64,000 nucleotides of DNA, taken from NCBI GenBank assembly GCA_028534125.1, contig CM052837.1, positions 33,294,001-33,358,000 on the forward strand, written 5' to 3'. The notes under the pieces were generated by a model, which was not told the DNA's origin, did no database searches, and was given only the letters and a program-made list of their open reading frames with translations. Source of the stretch: Lama glama (lineage: Eukaryota). The position numbers and the translations under genes are program-made. Positions 49,506 through 62,600 of this stretch are shown here, in pieces; the stretch's first letter is position 1; each line of letters begins with the position of its first letter.

Positions 49506-51994
49506 CTTAGTTTTTGCCATTTTGCAGAATAGTAGCAAAAAGTATTTTTAATGCCTTCGTAGAACTTAATTGCACTGGTTTAATTCCGCCAGAAAAACCT
49601 GTCGAACAGAGCTCGGTTTATCAGGCCTCCTGCAGTAGAGGACAACCCGAGCAGAGTTTCGAATTAGGGGAATTAGGGAATGGTATTTATAGGGTTTTAG
49701 GGCCCTGGTTGGGTGATTTAAAAGTAGTTTTGCAAGACAAGGAACTGGTTGGAATCAGGCAGTTTCTGACACAACAGCTTTGGAATGGTGGGCCGAGGGA
49801 GGTGGAGTTTTGGAAAGAAAACTGATGCATAATCTTATCTCCCAGAAGCAGGTATTTCTTGGAACAAGCAGCCGGTGACTTTTACCTGGTTCCAGTGTTG
49901 CTTAACACAGGGATTGTGTGGGTTTAGTTCTCACTGGTTACAATAATAATAGTTCCCATTTTTTGAAGCCCCTCCTACAACCAGACGACTTGAATACACT
50001 TTGGCATCGACAGCAACCCTAAAGGCAGGTGTTTCAGCCTAATCTCAGGAGAGCATAATAATCCCCTCTGGGGTGTGGGAGTCAAAAGGTCCTGCAGAAA
50101 AATCCTGGCTCCTGCACCTCCTTCTGAGGTGAATATGAATCGTTTCTTTGGCTGTAAAATCAGGATACTGCTTCCCACTCTCAGGGAGAAGGCGTGAAGG
50201 CGGTGGCTCGGGCCGGTACACACCGTGGTGCCCACAGGAGCAGCGTCCAAGCATCCTTGTTCGCCCGTGGTGGACCTGGTCCACACCTGCTCTCCCAGCA
50301 TCATGATTAAGCGTGTCCTTTTATTATTCTCGGAAGTGTCCTGCAGAGGATCCATTACGCGTTCAGTACAGTGGAGCTATGGTTGTTTCTACTCTGTCGG
50401 TGAAAGGGGTTGGCTCAGAGGGGTTGGGCGATCAGCTGAAGGCTACACTGCCAAGTAGGCAGAATTCGCCGGGTTAGGGGTGCATGGCCGGCCAAGAGCT
50501 GTTCCTTCTGCCTGGAGTCCAGCCCCCACCCCAGCTCCAAGCTGATGTCACGCTTTGTGACTATATATGTGTATGATTTTTTTTTTAATTACACCCATCT
50601 CCCCTAGCAGATCAGGAGCCCCATGGAAGCCAGATGGAGGTCAGTCTCATTCATGACTGTACCATCAGCGCCCAGAACGGCAGGGAATGCACAGTGTGTC
50701 CTCCATATTTACATGCAAATGATCAGCCTGCTGCCTCACATTCTGTTCCAAAAAGGGTGTGACTGGAAGCAAGGCAGCTTTTCTCTTGCTGAGACCCAGG
50801 CTGTAAGAAGCCACTCCAGAGTTCTGGAAAGGTCCATCACCCAAGCTGGAAGGTTACACGCAGGAGCAGACAAGACCTGCTCCCACCGTTCATCAGGACC
50901 TCCTGGGAGTAACCCGGGAATTGGTGAGTAACAGAGCATTCGTCATACTTCCACCTAAAACGGCTCTGATAACCATCCACCTTCCACAGCCCGGGGGGTG
51001 GGGGGGGGACACAGGAAGAGGGAGAAGCTGTGCCCAGGCACTTGCTCCCTTAGGTGTGGTTTATATCCTGGGCTGGAGCCTGTCCCCAAAGGTCCCGAGT
51101 GAAGAGGATTTTTTCCTCTAATTGCCATACTTTGGGTTTGGCCCTCACAAAGATACTGCATCTGATCAGATGGGATTTCTCGGCTCTGATAAAGGTGTCT
51201 CCTCTTAATAGTGACAGATGTCAAGGAGTGCTTTCTGCCTTGGTCTTTCCCACAGGGGAGGAAACTAACATATACCTGTATGTATTCGTGTATTTAGACT
51301 CAGGGAATATATGGTCCTGGTATTAAAAGTCCAGGCACTGTAGAAGAGTTTCAATGAAATGTCAAGCTGAGCAGAACCCATGACTCAGCAGTTTCAGCTC
51401 CAGGAACCTCATCTCCAGAAACACTCATCAGGGATGCTCCTTTTATCTCTGTAACAACGGGAAAAACTGGAATAACCTAAGGGTCCATTAAGGGGGAAGG
51501 GGTTCAGCAGGGCACATCCATACAATGGAATGCCTCCTGGGTGCTTAAAATAATGAGGCAGAAGAAAGATGACGTCAGGGACTGAGGAGAGAACAAAGCC
51601 AGTGTTAAATTACCTGTGCTTGTGAATTCATACTCAGAGGAGAGCCTAGAAGTGCAAATGATTTTAGTCTGTTACCTCTTCAGTATTTAAAAAAGAAAAG
51701 AAAAGAAAAGATTGTATTCAGTATTCAGGTATTACTCTGGGCATTTAAAATACACAGGGCATTAAAACAAACAAGAAAGTTGCAACCTGAAACAGTGGAT
51801 CCTAGCCCTACACAATTCCATCAGAGATAAATGCTGGTGTTAACAACTCAGATGCTTCCTTGGTGAAGTTACATGGCTGTGCCAGAGCTGGGCAGCTGGA
51901 GCAATAAGTGCAAATTAAAATTTCACCCAGACTCTCCAAAAACACCTGCAGAATCAACCACAACCCTATTCTGCTTCAGATGAAAGTTCTCACT

Positions 51995-52240
51995 TGGCCA
52001 AAGTTTCTCATTCTCGGAATTGCTGGCATATGGGGCAAGATACCTCTCGGTGGTGGGGCGAGGGCTGGCGTCCTATATTCTGTTCAGATGTTCAGCTGCA
52101 TCCCTGACCTCTGCCCATCAGGTTCCTGTAGTTAACACCACTGCCCCCTCCCCTTCCCCTCAGTGTAACAACCCGACTCCAGACGTTGCCCAATGTTCCC
52201 TGGGGGCAAAATCTCTCCCAGCCCCAACGCTGGCTGAGAG
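51995..52240. mobile_element. MER20-like hAT element
   Basis: gatgttcagctgcatccctgacctctgcccatcag...ccagacgttgcccaatgttccctgggggcaaaatc. Confidence 0.6.
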
Positions 52241-53208
52241 CTCCTGGACTTGGTTTATCTCTGTTCAGATCTTGAAATCTTCCTGATTGGCATCTCCTGA
52301 GCTGGGGGAATTGCTAACATCTCCCCCTTTCACCCTCAAAAACACTCTGTCTGATAAACCATGTGGTCACCCTGGCTCTGAGCCTTCTCCCCCCAGAAAT
52401 GCTTGTGGCATCATCACCCTGAGTTATGGCGTCCAGTCCCTTGGGTGATGAAGGTATAAATATCTACTCATAACTGACGCTAACTGTGAGCCTCAGTCAG
52501 AAGTATCTTCAGCTAAATTGCCACCTTGACTGAAATCTGGGCACCTGTCACTCTTATTTCCATGGTCCACTTGTATTTTTCAACTTTCCCTAAGACCAGT
52601 GTAAAACTGGAATGGACGAAACACTGTAAGGTATTTGAATGAAGTTTTTCTGAGGATTTCAGCCAGTTCTAGATTTTTGCGCTTTAACATACATATTTTT
52701 TCCGGGCTCTGAGCGCTGCTAGAGAGTGCAGTTTCCTTGCAGTTCTCTGGGTACTCCTGATGTGTCTCTGGCCCCTGGCAATTTTCCTCTCTCCACCCTG
52801 CGCATACATGGAGCTCCACCAATGCCCAGGTTTTTGTTGAGTTCCACAGGGGGCTGCGTGGAGGGTTAAGAGAAAGACCCCAGGCCCTGAAGACCAACAG
52901 ATCCGCTTTCTATTTTGAAATTGACATCTCCAGGCACGGCGACCTCAGAAAAGCTAACTGACTTCTCTCGGCCTCATCTGCCCACTTTACAGATGGGAAA
53001 CCAATGCCTGATTCACTGGATTATTTTAAAGATGAGAACAGAATTCATTCAGTGAATCTTTTTAGGCTCCTTGATTGTATCAACAGATGCCAAAAAGACA
53101 TTTGAGAAAATTCCATATCGTTTCAAGCTTAACAAACTAAAAACCTTTTTTCTGTAAGAACAATTGAACCTGATGAAGGATATCTGCCACAAGTCTATAG
53201 AAAGCACC

Positions 53209-53337
53209 TTTTTTTTTTTTTTTTGGTGGGGGAGGTAATTAGATTTATTTCTTTACTTTTAGATGAGGTACTGGGGATTGAACCAGGACCTCATGCATGC
53301 TAAGCATGCGCTCTACCACTGAGCTCTACCCTCCCCC
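53209..53337 (-). mobile_element. tRNA-derived SINE (camelid Vic-1-like)
   Basis: Poly(T), then gggaggtaattag...ggtactggggattgaaccaggacc...taccactgagctctaccctcccc. TSD-like gaaagca on both sides. Confidence 0.8.
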
Positions 53338-53379
53338 TTGGAAAGCATTCTTCATAGTGACACTGTTTCACTGAAATTA

Positions 53380-54810
53380 GGAATAAGACAAAACTCCCCC
53401 ATTACTACTTGTACTCAACACTGCTCCGGTGGTCCTGGCCAGTGGCCAGGGACTATCTTTCTGTGGTGTTTTACATTGATTTATTTGGATCATGAGCGTG
53501 TCCTTTTTTAAAATAATTAAAAACCAATTATTTTTATTAAAAATTTGACCAAACATAACAAGCAAAGGCATGAAAGGAAAGAAACACAAACATCACTCTT
53601 CAGTGATAACATAACTGAATACAGCAAAAATCCAAGAGATTCAACAAACCTTTACAACAAATAAAGCGGTTGAGTAAGATTACTGAAAAAACCATTAATA
53701 TTTTAAAAATCAATAAGGGTTTCCAAACACAAGGAAATAAGAATTAAGCATATAGTTAAAATAATGATATAATATATAATAGCAACAAAAATGATTAGGA
53801 ATACATCTAATTAAAAACATGAAAAAGTTTTTGGAGAAATGTATAGTCCTTTGCTAAAAAACCTAAAGGAAGTTTAACATAGAGGTCAGTTTTCCTCAAA
53901 ATAGTCTCTGAAGTCAAGGGAAGCCAATAAAAAATATGTTAGAAAATTGGTCCAAAACTTGGCAAGGATGACTTTAAATGTGTAAGTTCTCTATGGATTT
54001 TAGACTCCAGTCTGGATTTTAGACTTTGGAATTTTGCTACTTTGTAAAAGACCAAGAAGGGTCAGTATAATTTTGCAAAATAAAACAAGAGAAGTCATAT
54101 CTTTTTTTCTTAAATTCTTTTTTTAGTGGGGGATATATTTAGATTCACTTACTTAGTTTTAGAGGCGGTACAGGGGATTGAACCCAGGACCTTCTGTATG
54201 CTCAGTATGTGCTCCACCACTACCCAAGAGAGGGCATATCTTAAAAGATTTTAAACTTCCCCTGAAGCTGTGTGCTAAGTACCACAGGTGGTGCCAGACG
54301 AATGTACTAGGAAGGAGCTGAGAGGAGGCGTGCCCTTCCACAGCAGCGTGCACACTACCAGGGTGAACAGACACCTTGATCTGGCGGAAATGGATTAATT
54401 GACAGCTGGTTCTGGGAATGTCACTGTCACAAGAAGACAAATTAGGTTCCTGTTATTAGATATTTCGTAAAATAAATTTTAGATGGATTAAAAAACCAAA
54501 TAAGAAAATGCAGCACTGAAAACCTCCAGAAGAAAACAGAAAATATCATGGTATCCGGGTGAGGAAGGATTCTTAATCAAGACAAAAATAACAAGGTCAA
54601 AGAAAATGTTGATGCATTTAATTGCATGGTGTCTTATGGCAAAAAACCAAGATACTCAATGTGAAGAAGCCGTAATACGTGCAGTGCTTCAGAATACAGG
54701 ATATAAATACTAGAAATTGAGGAGAAAAAAAAATCAAGCAAAGAGCAGTAGAAAGAAAAACAGACAAAAGATATGAACCAGCAATTTACAGAAAAGGAAA
54801 CCCAGATGAG
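53380..54810 (+). mobile_element. Highly degraded L1ME ORF2 fragments
   Basis: A-rich, with segments aggaataagacaa, tagatggattaaa and aaagatatgaaccagcaatttacagaaaaggaaa. Confidence 0.5.
54105..54222 (-). mobile_element. tRNA-derived SINE, diverged
   Basis: ggtacaggggattgaacccaggacc...tgctcagtatgtgctccaccact; catatctt flanks both sides. Confidence 0.65.
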
Positions 54811-55166
54811 GGGGCCGTTTGTTTTGCAAATTAATGAAGTATTTCAAAATTTAAAAATAATATGTAAAAATTAAGAGATGAATGGCCAGGAGAATAGAAA
54901 AATTAACTCTGCTTTCTGCCCTTCTGTCCTGTTCTCACTTGTTTTCTGGGCCATGCCTGTGTCTTATTTTTATCATTAAAAACTAGTTCTTTTTAACGGT
55001 GCATAAGTGTAAATATATTAGCATAAGTACTTCGGGCCAGTGGGAATTGTAAACTTACATCTCCTGCTGGATATGGGGTTCCATACTGAACCCCAATTTT
55101 TGGTCCCTCCACCTCAGTTGGACTCAGCAAGAGTCAAGATCCCACCATCAGAGCTGGGGTCCGGAG

Positions 55167-56019
55167 TGGGCTTCTCTGCTTACAGGTGTCCCCACTGGAC
55201 GTGACCTCAAGGCGCACGTGGGAGCGGGGGCCCCGTACAAAGACCCAGGCACAGAATGGGCGGTTGGGAAATGTTTGTTTAAGGAATTATTAGTAATTCT
55301 TGTTGAGCACCTACTGCTGGCTCATCTCAAGATGACTGACTTAATCAGAGCCTGGGAGATGCCACACTCAGCTGAGCAAAGGCTGAAAGCGAAGAAGCCA
55401 CGATGTCACATTTTAGATGCAGAGAGAGGTCTGTGAGCCTGACCTGACATCAGAGTCTCCCCGGGGGTCTCTGGGACCCACCGCCAGCTTCTGATCCAGG
55501 AGTTCTAGGCTGGGACCCATGATTTCCATTTCTAATGTTTTCTCAGGTCCTGCGGATGCTGGCTGTGGGGACCCAGGCTGCGAGAACCACTGTTCTGGAG
55601 TTTAGGGGGGTGGCCAACTAGAGTAACTGGGCTACATCCCAGCGGGGGAGGGGAAGGACCTTTCTGGAGGCGAGGCCTGTGTTTCAGCTCTTCCCTGGGC
55701 TGCGGCGGCCTGGGTCACTCCCACTGGGGACCCGGCCCTGCTGAGGACAGGATCCGGGCCACATCCGCTCTGGGTTTGTTTCCTTCTTGTTCTCCAGAGC
55801 CTCACTGCCTGGACCTTGGCCTCAGTTACCGCGTCTGTTAAATGGGAAATGAACTGAACTCCCAATGTGGTCGTGGTCTGGTTGAAGCAAGAATGAAGGT
55901 CACACCGCAGGGGTACAGCACAGCGCTGGGCACCGGCTCCGCCAGCACCGGCGACTGCTGCAGCTTCATGCTTTCCTGTGGTACAGCCGCCTGTGTCCCC
56001 GCAGGTGGCTCTCCAGGAT
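55167..56019 (-). repeat. Arm B of the ~850-bp inverted segmental duplication (intergenic)
   Basis: Matches 14266-15114 in reverse. ORF-track peptides 14249..14653(+) and 55632..55865(-) are also near-identical. Confidence 0.95.
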
Positions 56020-56060
56020 ACATCCTTGAGGGGAAAAATGCAGGTTGCAGAAAGATAGAG

Positions 56061-56296
56061 TTTTTTTTTTTTAATTGAAGTATAGTCGATTTACAATGTT
56101 GTGTTAATTTCTGGTGTCCAGTATAGTGATTCAGTTATAGATATACATGTATTTATATTCCTTTTCATATTCTTTTCATTATAGACTATTACAAGGTACT
56201 GGATGTAACAGTAGGACCTTGCTGATTATCCATTTAACATACAGTATTTAGTACCTGCAAATGCTAAACTCCCAACTTATCCCTCCACCCCACCCC
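56061..56296 (-). mobile_element. Short 5'-truncated L1 immediately outside arm B
   Basis: tttttttaattgaagtatag...ctcccaacttatccctcc; tagagtt on both sides. Confidence 0.75.
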
Positions 56297-58429
56297 TAGA
56301 GTTGTATACATCTGGTTATATACTATAGGGTAAAAGATTATATACTATGTACATATACTATATGATTCATGGATCTCTACATGGGAAATAAAAGAATCAA
56401 ATTGTGCAAAGAAGGAACTCCTCCCACTTCTGTTTGCCTGGGGTGGTAACTTGCTAGAATGTTCACTTCTACTTCCTAGACTAGGATGGGAGCACATGGG
56501 GGGTTATTCTTCCATTTTTTAATATCTGAAATGTTTCTTTTGAAATTTTTAGGTACTAAATTTTGTCAGTTTGTTTTCTTTATGTCTCGTTGTTCAATTC
56601 ACATCCATTACTAAACTTTTTTTTTAACTCCTCTATCACTTTATACACTTAACTCTTTGTTATAACTATACTCTTTTTTGGAATAAGGAGTTACATTTCC
56701 CCCTAAATCCTTCTCCTTAATGTCACTTATTGAATAATAGGTTCTTTCTCCACTGATGTGAAATGATACCTTGCACAGCTCACCAAACCCCGTATATGTG
56801 GATAGGGTATCAAGTGTCTTATTCAGTTCCATTAATTTTTCTGATTGTCCTTGTACTAATGCCAGATCATTTAATAAAAACTTAAGTTGGTATTATTATC
56901 AAAAGAACTAACGTTGGTGGTAAGTGATGTTGGAGCAACACACGAATGGGGTAATTTCCCACCATCCCCAATCCCACCTCCCAGCGAGAAAGGTCTGGGT
57001 TAGGGTTCCTGGCGGGAGTAGGGATGAGAGCCCAGAAGGGGTGCCCACATTTGAAAGACAGCCCTTCCCAGCCCTTGATCAGCAGGTGTGTGGGGGGAGG
57101 GGCGTTTCCAGTCGTTGGCCGAGATTCTCGGTGGTTCTCATTCATCAGCTGGAAGTGATGCGCCTTTGGGGTGAGCAATACGATGAGCTGTGATTATGAT
57201 CAGTTACTGATGATAGAAATGAGGTGCTAAGCCAGTAACTGTCTTGCCCAAAGTCATGCTGCCAGTTGGTAGGTCAGAGCTGCATAGCAGGACTGGTGCT
57301 GTTCCTCCTGGAACTCCTCCCCTCCTGCATCCTGCTTTCACATTTTATAGTCTTATATATCAGGTTGAGGCCAGAAGCTGCATGGGGGTGGACACAAGGT
57401 CTGTTTGGGTCACTGCTCTCTGCCCATGGTGGGAGGTGTGTAGCAGGTGGTCAGTGGGTATTTGTGGACTGGTAGGGTTATGCTTAGCCTGCCTGGAGCC
57501 TAGGAAAGGCTTAAGACGTGCTAATAATTACAAGCCAGAGGGCTTTTTCCTACTACTGACAGGCATGGTCTCCAAGTGGCTAGTACAGAATCTTGTAAGG
57601 CTGTTCAACCTTCCAGCCACACAGCGCATTTCAGTAACAGACAGGCCTGTTCCCACCTGGGCAGGCGAGCAGTCCTGCTTCTCTGAGTAACACTGAGCCA
57701 GTGAGTAACCAAGCAATCATCCTGTTGGCTGCTTTTATCTAAACTTTGATAACAAGCCGCCTTTCACACAGTCAGCTGGCCCCGGGACGTGGAGAGGAGT
57801 CATGCTCATCCACTGGGCTCTCTCAGACGTGGTTCATGTGCCAAGGCTGTTTTGTTCTCTCTCCCACTAGGCCATTCAGGCTCAGGGGCCTTGACCACCA
57901 CGCTTATGGGGTTGGAGGGCAGGGGTGCCTCGTAGATTCACTGCCATCTAATAAGATGAAAGTTGTAGATTTTTCTAAAATATTTTCTCAGTTACCAGAA
58001 TAACAGAACCTTCAAGGCTTGGTCATCCTCCAGGGCTCCTCTACCCCAGGAGGAAAGTATTTACTGATTAATTTGAATTCCATGAAGTGGACTATTCTGC
58101 AGGTATTTTTTTTTTAAATGAGACATACTGACAGGTAAAAATGCAGAAGCATGGCCAAGAATATTGCTGGGTGGTAAATCTGTGTAAAAAAGCAAAGAAT
58201 AAGATCTTTATAAAAGTTGTTTGCAGAGATGTAGACTTCAGTATATAGAAAAAAGATGCCAGGTATGCATCCGTCTTCTGAATGGTGGCTACATCTGGGA
58301 GTTAAACTCAGGGAGAATGTTTGCTTCTAGGAAGAAGCCAGGAAGATGAACATTTATATGTACTGTAGCTCTACACTTACAAATATTTCATGAATATTTT
58401 ATAACCAAAATATGTTCATAAAATAGATT

Positions 58430-58600
58430 AAAAAAACAAATTTCTTCTGTACAGCACAGGGAACTATATTCAATATCTTGTAATAATCTTTACTGAAAAA
58501 AAATATGAAAATGAATATATGTATGTATAGGCATGACTGGGACATGGTGCTGTACACCAGAGATTGACACATTGTAACTGACTGTACTTCAACTAAAATA
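58430..58600 (+). mobile_element. Short L1 3' end
   Basis: ctgtacagcacagggaactatattcaat...gctgtacaccagagattgacacattgtaactgactgtacttcaa. Confidence 0.75.
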
Positions 58601-59454
58601 TATATATATATATAATTCATGCATCAGTGGGTAATTTAAAAAATACGTTAAAACAACAAAAAAGAACTCAACAGAAAGTTATAAAATGGCAGTCATACAA
58701 AGCCCCATCCCCCACCCACTTGCCCACCCTCCCCCTTCCAGGTAGCCTCTATAAACAGAAGTTCCTTACATCTGTAATTGTTCCTTTGTGAGTAAATATT
58801 TGTGTTAAGAGAAAATGTTAATAGCAGTTTTCTGCCGTGAAGTTGGATGGTTATGCACTGGGTGCGGCCACGGGAGGAGAAAGGAATTAAACGACACCTC
58901 CCACCAGAAGAAAGAAAAGAAAAGAAGGAAGGGAAGAACCCACAGACTGAACACTGCCTTCTGAATCTGATCAGCTCTGCATGTTGCAGAGGCACAGCCT
59001 TCGACCACCAGCCTTTTAAATAATAATGATGTTAATTAGAATCGTAAGAACAGCCATTGTGCGTTTGACCCTGTGGCAACTCTGGCTAAACCGCCTCCTC
59101 TTGAAAATGGAGCTCTCATCTTATTTCCATTTTATTTGTTATTGTTATGGAACATTTCAAACACATCCAGAATTCAAGAGACGTGCACAGTGACACCGCC
59201 CTCCACCCCACCCCTCGCCGCCCCCAGACCCATTACTGTTTCAACCACCACCACTCTCTGCCACTTGCTTTTTGTCCAGCTCCCTCCTCCTCTCCCCCCA
59301 CCAATATTCTAAAACAAACCCAGACTGTCTCATTTCACCCGGAGCTACTTCAGAGTCTGTCTCTAACAGATAAGACTTTTTTGCATGATTATTACTCCCA
59401 ACGGAAGTTAGTAATAATTTCTTGCCATCTAATAACCAGTTGATCTTCAACGTT

Positions 59455-59540
59455 GTATTTTTTTAATTGAAGTACAGTCCACTGCAATGTGACAATTTCT
59501 GGTGTACAGCACAGCGTCACAGTCATGCCTATACATACAA
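59455..59540 (-). mobile_element. Very short (~80 bp) L1 3' tip
   Basis: ttttttaattgaagtacagtc...tttctggtgtacagcac; tgtattttt on both sides. Confidence 0.6.
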
Positions 59541-59622
59541 TGTGTATTTTTAAATCAGGCCAGAGGAAGACTTGACCAGCTTTGAGAAATTGCCAAACGC
59601 CATACGGCATTTAAACGAATGG

Positions 59623-59670
59623 CAAGTGAGATCCATGAATTAGCACCAAGTGAGATCCATGAATTAGCAC
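59623..59670. repeat. Perfect 24-bp tandem duplication
   Basis: CAAGTGAGATCCATGAATTAGCAC repeated twice. Confidence 0.95.
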
Positions 59671-62600
59671 CATTGTATCCCGGAGGATCTTGTTAGAAAT
59701 GGAAAGTCTCTACCCCAGACCCCCAGAAACCAAACCACCAAAGTTTTAAGGAAAACCACGGGTGGTTCTTTCAATACTGGATAGTTTCTATCTATACTGC
59801 ATGGCATGTAGCAGCCAGTCCACTCTGGATTGATCCATTTTTTCCCTGAGACCTGGCTCTTGGCTTGGCTGGAAGAGGTGTCTCCTTCAAGTCCTAGCAC
59901 CAAGAGGGAGAGCCCCATATCCAGCAGGCATCAACCAGGCCCCTGGGGACAGAGAGGAACCCACTGTCCTGAGGCTCTTACTCTAAGGGACTGACAGCAA
60001 ATATATAATTCAATAAAATAACTGCAAGCTATAATTGCTCATCTGTCAGCTGGGTAAGGTCTCTTCGGACAGCCATTTTAAACTATACCAGCTCCTAAGC
60101 CCTCATCCCCACCACCCCAGCATCCTGCCTCCCTCTTGCTTCACTTTGCTAGTGGTCCTCAACTCCAGTTGTTGGACCTGGGTCTTTCCTATTTCTTTGT
60201 TCATTGCTTTTTCCTTTGGCTAGGATGTGCGCGTACATATCTGCTGAATGAAAGTCTACTAAAATTTTTGGAACAATGAAAGAAGCAACTACTAGTGATC
60301 AATATGTGAACCAGCTATTTAAAAAAAAAATTTATTCCTACCCGCAGGAAGAATTCCTATGAGGAAAGAGGCTGATACAAACAGCTCCTACTGAAAACAA
60401 CTTGCAACCCTGGACCCTGGAGTGGGTGCTTCCCCTCGGGGCTGGGTGCCTTGCTCCACCCTGGGTGGTGTCCTTCCTGAAGAGATCCAGGAAGCCCGAG
60501 GCCAGAGCTGCAGGTGACTCACCGAGGACTCTATGCCCTTGTGGCCATCCTCCAGGTCACCCGTCTAGATATTTATTTTTTTAACCCAGGGGCTCTGCAT
60601 CTAGAGGCCAGAGTTTTATTGCCCCTTCTAGACACAAAGGGCCCTAATCTCAGCCCCATCAGTATAAAGATCTCAGGTGTCTCAAGATGTGTCTGTACCT
60701 ACAGAGTCAGACTACTCGGAGTTAAAGCAAGATTTCTAGGTGGAGGAGGGAGTAGTGTAGGGCTGGGGGCTGGAGAAGAGGAGATGGATTCTGAGGCTCT
60801 CATGGAAGATGGAGGCAGTGAGATGAGGCAGAGGTGGGAACGAGGCTGAGAGCTTTTGCGCCCCATCTTGGTACCACGAAGGAACAAAGGGTTTAACCAA
60901 CACGCAGGACAAAGTGCAGCAACAGCCCCACGCCTGTAAGGGCATCTTGGAGCTGATAAAGGCAGCCCTGCTGATGGGAGGGGTTTAAAATAAAGGCGGA
61001 TGGATAAGTTTGTCCATTTGGAAACTGTCACGTGAGTCTTCACTCTCCAACCTCAAACACACGCCAGTGTGCACATCACAGTTCCATATGGGTCAAAATC
61101 CAAACCTGAAAAACAAATTCTGTGAGAACCCTTGAAACAAGAGAGGTTAAAAAAAAAAAAGTAGTGAAATAGCATGAAACACAAGTGGTCAATCAACAGG
61201 GAAAAAGTGGGCCACCACCAGACCAGCTCCCCCATCGGCTTGTGCAGAAGCTGAAAAATGAGATCTAGGTACAGATGATAAATAACACAGGAGGATGGCT
61301 GAGAGTATCTATACGTGGAAAATACATGCAAAGAGCAAAGAACAAGTCCTTCTTTACAGGCTGTGTGTAGAATACGGACTTCAACAAATAGAAAAGAGCT
61401 CAAAGGGACAGTCCCCGAACTGCTGAATCATGTGCCTTGTGGGGTGAAGCTAGGGCGTTCAGACTCATTCTAATGTGCGCATGTGATCTTGTGAGGGTGT
61501 GGGCCCTCTCTGCTCTGGGGGGTGCGTAATTACAGTGGTTGCAGCATTTCAGAAGCTAAGCACAGCCTTACAAACTCTTCTTGCATTTTCCCTACAGAAT
61601 GTACCTGTATGATTCTCCAGATTCCATAGATTCTATGGACAGTTGCTCCATTAAATTCTAAAGCATGGAAGAGTCTCTCAAATCCCTGTGGCCCCCAGGC
61701 TCTAAACAGCCTGGGGGTGGCTCTTGCTCGGGCCATCAGCTGTTTTAAAAGGTGCCTCCATCAGGTAAGTGGTTTGGCACCTGGTGCCAGAGCCTCACAC
61801 CTGAGCTGCCTGCCGGGCCCTTGCAGGCAGGCCTTAGACCTCTGTGTGCCTGGGGTCCCTCCCTTGTGCCCTGGAGTCACCTCCACAACAGGTGCTCGTC
61901 CCAACCCCCTAGGTTGCCACACCCCTTCACTTCCTACCCCAGCCTTTCCCTGGGAGTCATACCAGACCCGTCTTAGGTGTGAGGTTCGTGGGCATCCCCA
62001 GGGTACCCTCTGGGGAGCAGAGCTTTTCCTCCCCCCATCCCCCATCCAGCCCTGGCTCCCTGGAGGGGCTCAGAGTTCATGTGCTGCAGAAACAGGGACC
62101 ACCTCCTCCACCACCTCTGTAGCCTGAGAACAGCATCTTATTTACAAAACACCCACCCGTAGGTCAGTGCTCAGTGAGGCTCTGTGAGGAATGTCGAGGA
62201 CTGGATGACTGAGCTCTTGACCCCACCTCAGCTCCCAACTCCTGCGCTCCTGCTGGCGATGCCCCAGGGCCTTGCCCTCCCCCTCCCACCCCCGCCCCAA
62301 CCCGCTTCCTCTAAAATCTGCTCTCTGTCCTTCTGGACCCTCCTGACCTCAGCGTCACCTCCTCTGGGAGCCCGCTTTACCCCTAGAACATGCCAGTCTG
62401 CCTCGTACCCACAGCACCCCTGTTTTCCTGTAGCATCACCACCTCTGAAAAGGTTGGGTCATCTGTGTAATTGTTTGCCAAGACGCTGTGCTGTCTCCCA
62501 CCAGTGGTGGCAGGCCCCAGAGAGAGGGGTTTTGGCCTCTTCTGTTGACTCTGAGCTTCCCAGCACAGGGCCTGGGACACTGCAGGCACTCCGTGAATAT

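Noticed and set aside
53434-53450. Short palindrome CCTGGCCA-G-TGGCCAGG
   Set aside because: An 8-bp stem within a degraded L1 region is expected by chance.
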